From: Flavobacteriales bacterium
Lineage (GTDB): Bacteria > Bacteroidota > Bacteroidia > Flavobacteriales_F > PHOS-HE28
Reading direction: 5' to 3'
Length of the DNA: 64,000 nt
Assembly (NCBI GenBank): GCA_016718655.1
Contig: JADKCV010000001.1
Coordinates: forward strand, 139,330-203,329
The translations under genes were made by a program, and so were the position numbers. Positions 57,540 to 64,000 of this stretch are shown here, one piece after another. Each line of letters begins with the position of its first letter. The first letter of the stretch is position 1. The notes beneath the pieces are model-generated. The model searched no databases, was not told the origin of the DNA, and saw only the letters and a program-made list of their open reading frames with translations.

Positions 57540-60500
57540 TCAGCGAAGCAGGTACATCTTGCCCATACCCTTTGTGAAGAACGAGGATGCGGAGGTTTCC
57601 CGCAATTCGATGTCCTCACCGTGCAGTTGTGCGATCACACGATAGAGGTATACGCCGCGCGCCAGCCTGTCCCCGAAGGAATCCGTGCCGTCCCATTCGA
57701 ACTCGGTCATGTTCCGTCCCACGCGCATCGGACCCAGTTCGGCCATGCTCACCTCGCGCACCACCTTGCCCGTGATCGTCAGGATCTGGATCTTCATGTA
57801 GGTGGGTGGCTCGGTTCCGGTCACGGTGAACACGAAACGTGTACTGGTGGTGAATGGATTGGGGTAGTTCAGGACCTCGGTGATGGTGGAGCGATTGATC
57901 ACTTCGAAGTTGATCTTCAACTCCCGATCGCCAGAGGCGTTGTTGCTTCGGTCATTGGCCATCACCGTAAGGGTGTGGACACCATCGGTGGCGAAGGTCG
58001 GCCGGTAGTGTATGCGGGCTTCGTTCGCCGTATTGGTGGCCGGCAGGAACTGCATGTTCTCCACACCGGAACCGGTCCTGAAGAAGAGCCGCTCCTGTGC
58101 CGATCCGGGGCGCGTGAGGTATACCCGGAACAACGCCGTATCCGCAGGTGAATCGTGGAGCAGCACGGTGTTCTCATCGTCCATGCGGATCTCGATCTCG
58201 GGTTTGGCGGACACGATATCCCCGTCGAGAATATGCATACCATCGAAGGTGACGTCGAGAATCGGGTTCTCATCATCGCCGGCCACCTCGAAGCGCAGTT
58301 GGGCGATGTTATTGAACCTGTACTGCTCGACCTGGTCGAACACGCCCGTCACCGTATCGATGGGGTTGGCTTCGATGATGATGGTGTTGGGTCCGCCAAG
58401 GCCGGTGGTGTTGAACCGGATCGTATCCAACAACGTGGTGCCAGCGAGCAAGGGCGCGTTCAGCTTGTAATGCACCCGATGTCGCTGGTTGTTGCGGTCG
58501 AGCACCCAAGCGCCCATGAGCAGGCTGTCCATATCGAAGAGGCTCACATTGTGCACGGCCACAGCGACCCGGGCTTCCTGACCTTCGAACAACTCTTCCT
58601 GCAACTGCACGAATCCAGAAGGCGGGTCGATGGCACACTCGGGAACAGGCGCGCTCAGCAATTGCCAGCGCTTCAATTGGGACGGGTCCGGAGCGTTCGC
58701 CTGGTCGTTATCGAAGAAATGCCCACGCAGACGGACCGTGGGGTAGTTTGCAGCGGAGATCAGTTGATCAAGTGGGAGGGAGTCACCCTCGGCGATCACG
58801 TTGGCCAGGTCGAACTCAGTGCCATTCGGGGTGATACCGCGGAGGATGATCCGTGTGCTATCACCGGGATCACCGCCCGAGCGCTCGTTCCAATACAGCT
58901 TGGTCCAGGCTGTAGCAGGACCAGCGACAGGAGTGGTGATCGTGCCTTGGTTGGCTGGGCTGTCCACCCAAACGGAAAGCTGCAGGAAACCAGGGTCGCC
59001 CGGAGGGAAGAGTTGCGTGGCGATGGTATCGCGGAACGAGCCAGGAACGCCTTTGCGGTAATAGAAGATGTAAGCTACGCTGTCAGTGAGTACGCTGAAA
59101 TCCAATTGGGGATCGATGGTCTCCAGATAAGGCATGAGACCCGGAGCGTTCGCCGCCATACCCGCCTTGTCCAAGTAAAGCCAGGTGTAGCACAGCACAT
59201 GGTCGCCATCGTCCACGGCGTTCTCCAGCATGTTCTGCATACCGGCCAGCTGCGGAGCGCTGTTGGTGAGGAACGTGAAGAACTTCCGAACGCGGGTTCC
59301 ACAGACGCCGTTCTGGTTCAGGTTGCCGAAGTTGTTCTGCGGGTTCTCGCCCTGGTAGCTGGTACCCCAAGGCTCAAAGGTCCCTGGATCCACAACAGCC
59401 ACGTGCCACCCGGCCACATTGCCACACCCGTTGTAGTCCTGGGGCTCAAGGTCGATCGACCATTCGGTGTAGGGGGAATAGACGCTGTCATGCACCTGCG
59501 CGCGAATGTTCCGCTGTCCGGTGAAGAAGTCGAGATCGCGCTCCGGCCGGTCATAGACGATGTTGGAGTACGTATTGTGCTTGAACTGATGGTAATGCGC
59601 TTGGCCCCAACCATGCTTGCCCGGGATGTACTGGAAGGAACGCTCATACCAATTGAAGCTGCCATTTCCGGTGCTGTCGATACTGCAGCGCCAGAAGAAC
59701 ACGGTGCTGTCCACCTGGCTGTTCAGTGCGTAGATGTTCTGCGGGGTCCAGGATACCACACCACCGGGTGCTGTGATGGATGTGGTCTCCAACAAGGGAC
59801 TATTGAACAGGTCCGTGGTATCGATCTGGAACAAATAGACCCGAGGGGCTGCGAACGGGTCACCCGTGCTTGCGCGCAGGGGTTGCACCGGATCGGGCAC
59901 GATAGCGAAGTCATAGGGATAAATGGGTATGAGGTCGCCGGAAGTGATGAAGAGCGAACTGGTCGTGCCATTGTTGGTATCGTTCTCCAGCTCATCCACT
60001 TCGTCCGGGTCGAGGTCGACGGCAACACGCATGGTGTTGATGCCCTGACCCCCACTCTGCCCGCGCGTTGGTACATTGAAGTAGGCCGTATCACGTAGAT
60101 ACACGTCCTCGATCACCGTGGAATACTCCTCTGCCGCGACGAGCCCTGGATTGGACCGCTCAAGAGTGACACGCACCGGACCATTGATCGCCTTGCCGAT
60201 GTTGGTGATCACAGCCTTCACTTGGAACGTGTCGGCATCTGCCGTTACCGGGGATGGGTCGTAGTAGACATCCTCATCGCTCACGGTATAGTCAGGCTTG
60301 TCGAAGGAGTTCAGTACGATGGTGGGATCGCCTTGCAGGGTGAAGGTGTGCGCAGTATGCAGGGTGTTGAGGTTGTAGCTGTTCTGCATCACCTGGTTCA
60401 CGGCATACTTCATGTGCTCGCCGATCCCCTTACCGTGATTCTCACGGGAGAAGCTGCGGTAGAACGCATTGGAATAGTCCATCAAATAGGGCGCCGAGGC

Positions 60501-62678
60501 CAATTCCGTGGTCGCCAGGAACCCAATGGGACCTGTATTGGGAGCCAGCACCCATCCCTCACCCTGACTGAGCCGGTTGTTCTGGTGGATATTACCGATG
60601 TAGCATGAATTCCCGATCACCAAGGGATGCTTACCGTTCCACTGATAGTTCACCGGATCGTCGATGGTGATATCGAAGCTCGATGCGTAGGCATGGGCCA
60701 GGAAGGTCATGAGCGTCACCCCCTCCTGGATCAAGGTGCGGACACTATCAGCGCTCGCGGACTGGAAGGTCTCCGAGGAACTCTTCCTGAAGGTGGATAC
60801 CGAACCTCCGAAGCTGGTATCCACAGCCACCGCCTTGAGACCATTGAGGTAATTCACGAATCCGCCCGTCTCTCCCGGGTCGAACCCTCCGGCGAAATGC
60901 AGGATGTTCTTCATCCACACCCCAGGTGTTTGTGACTCCAGTGCCTGGACCTTCGCCAAATAGGCGAGTACCTCATCGGGTGTGTACACGCTCAATCGAC
61001 CCACTGGGATCTCGACCACTGTTGGATCGAACCGCAATCCGATGGTGAAGGCCACATCCGAGGCAGGGTGCCCGAAGGTGGGCACAAGGCAGGTCTGGTA
61101 AGCCCCGGCCGCATCCGGCCGGATCCCTGGTACGAACTGGTTCACGGTCACGTTCTGTACGGACTTACCGATGAGGAACAGGGCCTTGGGTGAGGTCGCC
61201 CAGGAATCAAGCAGATACCGGCACCATCGGCGAATGGCGAATGCATGCTTCGGCACACCACCACCGAACTGGTCATACAGTTCATCCACATCGACCAGAA
61301 CGGTATTGTATGGATTACGTATCGAGATCTCCCGATAATTTGCGTAGGCCTGCGCAGCGCTCATCAGGCTTTCGTGGGTCACTATGAGCATGGCATCGTT
61401 CACCTCGTTCGCGAGGAAATCGGTGAAGAAGCCCGTGCCATTGACGGGTGTCAGTGAGGTAATGGGAAGGACACTTTCCTGCCCGAAGACGATCGCCTTG
61501 GTGAGTGCGCTATCGGGATGTGCTTTGAGCAAGGCTTTCCACCGGGCGCCGGCAGCTGTGGGGATCACGCGCCGCACCGTGTCCCCGTAAGCATGGATGA
61601 CCGGTGTACCGGCCAGGTTGCTGAAATCCACGTGCAGGAAGCCATCCTCGTCCAGATCCGGTAGCTCCATGACCTGTTGGGGGTCATTGTCCATGTGGAA
61701 CATCTTCGCATAACGGATGGAGGCGCTCGCTATCGCTTGCTGATCGGCATAGGTGGGCAGGAAGGATCCGATCTGACCGGGTGCGAAAAGATCACGCATC
61801 ACCCTGAATCGTACCACCGTATTGGCGGCTATGTTCGCTAGGGGAGCTTGAAAGACATTGTGGACCACCTTGAAACCACTGTAGATGGTATCGGCACCAA
61901 GAACACCTGGCGCAGCTCCATAAACGATCTTCACGTGATGGTCCGGAAGCGACCCACCAGGATTCGCAGTGCCGACCACCGTGGCACGTATGGTCGCATC
62001 CGGCGGGTTGGGGCCTGTGTATTTTCGTGGAGCAGCGATGGTCAGCTGTCGGTCCACGGAATCAGTGGTGAGGTTGGTCACATTGGAGTCATACCAGCCC
62101 TCTCCTTCCACATATAGGCCACTGCTCGCACCGTACTGGCCAGTAGGCCCCAGGAAGTAACGGCCTTGCCTTCCCAGACCAACTTCGCCCCAGTAATAGG
62201 GCACCACCGGGTAGGGCGTATGGTCCAAAGTGGGCTGAGCAACGATATGATGCTTGGCTACGTCGGGATCATCGTCCCATGTGAGGTAATAGCGGATGGT
62301 GTCGTTGACGAAACTGTAGTACGGATTCCCGGCCATGGTCGGCGACGGATACATCAACTGGTCCAGCCAGGCGTCGTTCTTGGAAACCTGGAACTCGATG
62401 AAATCCGCTTCATCGAACGACCCATCAGCCTCTCCTTCCACGTAGATCGCGACCGGCTTCTCGCGGCTGAAGAGCATGAGGTCGCGGGGATCCACGGTAC
62501 CTGCCGGAAAACCAGCGGCCAACAAGGTGGCCCGGTCGATACGTCGCATACCGTTCTCGACCACGTCGAACCGCCAATACCTGCGCTCATGGTCGATCCA
62601 TTCATTGCCATAGGGCAACTGTGCCGCCGATACCAGCGCGTAGGAGCCGAACAGTAACGCGAGTAGGGTTCTGATCAT
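57540..62678 (-). CDS. very large (1712 aa) C25-cysteine-peptidase-like T9SS protein with type-A C-terminal sorting domain (PorU-like or gingipain-like)
   Basis: Its N-domain is similar to the protein at 1-1143. A C25-like catalytic region has candidate His (FLAHAYASSFD) and Cys (LVIGNSCYIGN). The Rossmann-like segment MLIVTHESL...YDQFGGGVPKHAFAIRRWCRYLLDSW matches the PorU/gingipain pattern. The C-terminal CTD is YPNPFTTSTRFVF...GVYLYRV. Confidence 0.55.
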   Translation of the reverse strand: MIRTLLALLFGSYALVSAAQLPYGNEWIDHERRYWRFDVVENGMRRIDRATLLAAGFPAGTVDPRDLMLFSREKPVAIYVEGEADGSFDEADFIEFQVSKNDAWLDQLMYPSPTMAGNPYYSFVNDTIRYYLTWDDDPDVAKHHIVAQPTLDHTPYPVVPYYWGEVGLGRQGRYFLGPTGQYGASSGLYVEGEGWYDSNVTNLTTDSVDRQLTIAAPRKYTGPNPPDATIRATVVGTANPGGSLPDHHVKIVYGAAPGVLGADTIYSGFKVVHNVFQAPLANIAANTVVRFRVMRDLFAPGQIGSFLPTYADQQAIASASIRYAKMFHMDNDPQQVMELPDLDEDGFLHVDFSNLAGTPVIHAYGDTVRRVIPTAAGARWKALLKAHPDSALTKAIVFGQESVLPITSLTPVNGTGFFTDFLANEVNDAMLIVTHESLMSAAQAYANYREISIRNPYNTVLVDVDELYDQFGGGVPKHAFAIRRWCRYLLDSWATSPKALFLIGKSVQNVTVNQFVPGIRPDAAGAYQTCLVPTFGHPASDVAFTIGLRFDPTVVEIPVGRLSVYTPDEVLAYLAKVQALESQTPGVWMKNILHFAGGFDPGETGGFVNYLNGLKAVAVDTSFGGSVSTFRKSSSETFQSASADSVRTLIQEGVTLMTFLAHAYASSFDITIDDPVNYQWNGKHPLVIGNSCYIGNIHQNNRLSQGEGWVLAPNTGPIGFLATTELASAPYLMDYSNAFYRSFSRENHGKGIGEHMKYAVNQVMQNSYNLNTLHTAHTFTLQGDPTIVLNSFDKPDYTVSDEDVYYDPSPVTADADTFQVKAVITNIGKAINGPVRVTLERSNPGLVAAEEYSTVIEDVYLRDTAYFNVPTRGQSGGQGINTMRVAVDLDPDEVDELENDTNNGTTSSLFITSGDLIPIYPYDFAIVPDPVQPLRASTGDPFAAPRVYLFQIDTTDLFNSPLLETTSITAPGGVVSWTPQNIYALNSQVDSTVFFWRCSIDSTGNGSFNWYERSFQYIPGKHGWGQAHYHQFKHNTYSNIVYDRPERDLDFFTGQRNIRAQVHDSVYSPYTEWSIDLEPQDYNGCGNVAGWHVAVVDPGTFEPWGTSYQGENPQNNFGNLNQNGVCGTRVRKFFTFLTNSAPQLAGMQNMLENAVDDGDHVLCYTWLYLDKAGMAANAPGLMPYLETIDPQLDFSVLTDSVAYIFYYRKGVPGSFRDTIATQLFPPGDPGFLQLSVWVDSPANQGTITTPVAGPATAWTKLYWNERSGGDPGDSTRIILRGITPNGTEFDLANVIAEGDSLPLDQLISAANYPTVRLRGHFFDNDQANAPDPSQLKRWQLLSAPVPECAIDPPSGFVQLQEELFEGQEARVAVAVHNVSLFDMDSLLMGAWVLDRNNQRHRVHYKLNAPLLAGTTLLDTIRFNTTGLGGPNTIIIEANPIDTVTGVFDQVEQYRFNNIAQLRFEVAGDDENPILDVTFDGMHILDGDIVSAKPEIEIRMDDENTVLLHDSPADTALFRVYLTRPGSAQERLFFRTGSGVENMQFLPATNTANEARIHYRPTFATDGVHTLTVMANDRSNNASGDRELKINFEVINRSTITEVLNYPNPFTTSTRFVFTVTGTEPPTYMKIQILTITGKVVREVSMAELGPMRVGRNMTEFEWDGTDSFGDRLARGVYLYRVIAQLHGEDIELRETSASSFFTKGMGKMYLLR

Positions 62679-63772
62679 GAAGCGGTCCGCTTGAAGATGT
62701 CGAACTTGATGGAGAAGATGTTCGAGTACAGCGCGACGCTGTTATCCCCGATATCGGTAAGTGCGTAGTCCAAGGAGAAGCTCTTGATACGCAAGCCCAG
62801 TCCGATGTTCGGCTGCAAGGAGAGTTGTTTGTCATCGGAGATATCCGTGACATACTGGATATTGCTCAGACCTGTCCGCACATAGAAGATGCGCGCATAG
62901 CCCAACTCGATGCCCAACCGCGGATCCGCACTGAGGGTACCGCTCTGGATCAAGGTATTGCGACGACCGTCGAACGTATTCTCCAGTTCCAATGCGGCAA
63001 TGAGGTCGAACTTCTCCCCGAACTTGAACTCCCTTGCGGCCCCTAGCATCAACCGGGGCAAGGTCACTTCCACGCTGTTCTGCGGCAATTCATTCCCGGT
63101 CTGAGTGAACACATCGATGGTCCGCTGGTCGATGGTGTAGCTCCACGCATTGAAGGTGCCGGTCACATCGCGAGCCACGGCGGAGAACCGCCACTGGTCC
63201 AGATCGTATTGCGCACCAGCATCCAGCCCGAAACCCCAAGCCTTGCCGAATTCACCGACGCGGCGATAGATCACCTTGGCGCTACCACCCAGCCGCAAGC
63301 CGGGCACCTTGAGTTTCCGTGCATAGCTCACGATGAAAGCGTGGTCCGCCGAACTGAATGAGGTGATGCGGTCGTAATCGATGTTCCCGGAGGGGTCGAT
63401 GAGGTCGATGGTGTTCGGGATGTTATCGATCCCGAAGCGCACGAACGTGAAACCGATGGTGCTGTTCTCATCGATGGGCTTGGCCAAGCCGACGTGGTCG
63501 TACTTGGCTATTCCAGCGAAGTACTCACTGTGCATGGCGCCGATCTGAAGGTCGCCTTTCACGCCCAATAGACCCGCAGGATTCCAATAGCCGCTGGTCA
63601 CATCATTCACCACACTGGTATAGGCACTGCCCATGCCCAACGCACGCGCTCCCACGCCGATGGCCAGGAACTCATTGCTGTACTTGGGGGCGTCCTGGGC
63701 CATGGCACCAACCGCCATGAACATACCCGATGCCATTGCAACCAGACTGCGTGCTCCGCTCAAGGTCTTCAT
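62675..63772 (-). CDS. FadL-like outer-membrane beta-barrel of the T9SS PorV/PorQ family
   Basis: Signal peptide; motif FLAIGVGARALGMGSAYTSVVNDVTSGYWNPAGL is characteristic of PorV/PorQ-family proteins. Ends with an aromatic C-terminal barrel signature. Overlaps the downstream C25-like gene by 4 nt. Confidence 0.5.
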   Translation of the reverse strand: MKTLSGARSLVAMASGMFMAVGAMAQDAPKYSNEFLAIGVGARALGMGSAYTSVVNDVTSGYWNPAGLLGVKGDLQIGAMHSEYFAGIAKYDHVGLAKPIDENSTIGFTFVRFGIDNIPNTIDLIDPSGNIDYDRITSFSSADHAFIVSYARKLKVPGLRLGGSAKVIYRRVGEFGKAWGFGLDAGAQYDLDQWRFSAVARDVTGTFNAWSYTIDQRTIDVFTQTGNELPQNSVEVTLPRLMLGAAREFKFGEKFDLIAALELENTFDGRRNTLIQSGTLSADPRLGIELGYARIFYVRTGLSNIQYVTDISDDKQLSLQPNIGLGLRIKSFSLDYALTDIGDNSVALYSNIFSIKFDIFKRTAS

Positions 63773-63848
63773 TCTGTTCTGTATTGACGCAGCTACTAAC
63801 TCCTGGTGGCCTCCTTTATTGCCTCGAATTTAACCAACTTCGGCCCCG

Positions 63849-64000
63849 ATGGCACGGCTACCCCGGATCCCCGACCTGTTAACGACGGCGAACCTAGCCT
63901 GTGGCATGGGCTCCATCCTGCTTGCCTCCCAAGGACAACTAACATGGGCATGTTGGCTGGTGTTCGCCGGGGCGTTGTTCGATGTGTTCGATGGTTTGGC
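63849..64000 (+). CDS. pssA: CDP-diacylglycerol--serine O-phosphatidyltransferase (CDP-alcohol phosphatidyltransferase), 3' partial
   Basis: MARLPRIPDLLTTANLACGMGSILLASQGQLTWACWLVFAGALFDVFDGL matches the N-terminus of PssA-type CDP-OH phosphotransferases; runs off the window end. Confidence 0.6.
   Translation, partial: MARLPRIPDLLTTANLACGMGSILLASQGQLTWACWLVFAGALFDVFDGL

Noticed and set aside
58155-60098. 647-aa plus-strand ORF antisense to the 1712-aa C25-like gene
   Set aside because: Antisense artefact.
1-64000. CRISPR arrays, rRNA genes, integrases/transposases
   Set aside because: None seen on visual scan. The only short repeats are the two hairpin families, the CTD module and the G tract.

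Overview
High-GC (about 60%) chromosomal segment that looks like Bacteroidota: it carries T9SS/gliding genes, TAnnTTTG-type promoters and a fused ccoNO. The coding content falls into the blocks below; a set of repeats and palindromes and several apparent frameshifts are covered separately in the findings.

- **T9SS/gliding locus (1-5.4 kb):** a PorU-like C25 protein that runs off the window start, then PorP/SprF, GldJ and MurF.
- **Housekeeping block (5.5-12.6 kb):** acyl-CoA dehydrogenase, AnmK, an ELFV-type dehydrogenase, ExbB-ExbD-TonB with FolC, and two tRNA-Val genes.
- **TonB-dependent receptor (12.7-15.1 kb).**
- **Photoprotection operon (15.3-20.8 kb):** ECF sigma factor, crtI, crtB, idi, folE and photolyase, tightly translationally coupled.
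- **Downstream of that operon (20.8-22.1 kb):** two tandem 54-aa paralogous ORFs of unknown function, an SRPBCC protein and crtZ.
- **cbb3 oxidase cluster (22.1-31 kb, minus strand):** ccoI, ccoS, fused ccoNO, ccoQ, ccoP, ccoG, fixH and a TauE-like gene.
- **31-36.4 kb:** a SAM-dependent methyltransferase, PduO-type adenosyltransferase, a DUF2795 protein and secA.
- **T9SS cargo island (36.5-44.2 kb):** two delta-60-repeat paralogs, an orphan CTD remnant and a 1469-aa cargo protein.
- **44.3-57.5 kb:** an HTH regulator, a TonB-C-domain protein, ComM, GmhA, an ORF6N protein, DsbD plus a standalone DsbD-alpha ORF, TilS, PabB, a CTD cargo protein and Lnt.
- **3' end (57.5-64 kb):** a 1712-aa C25-peptidase-like T9SS protein coupled to a PorV/PorQ-like barrel, then a partial pssA.

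No CRISPR array, rRNA or transposase was seen.
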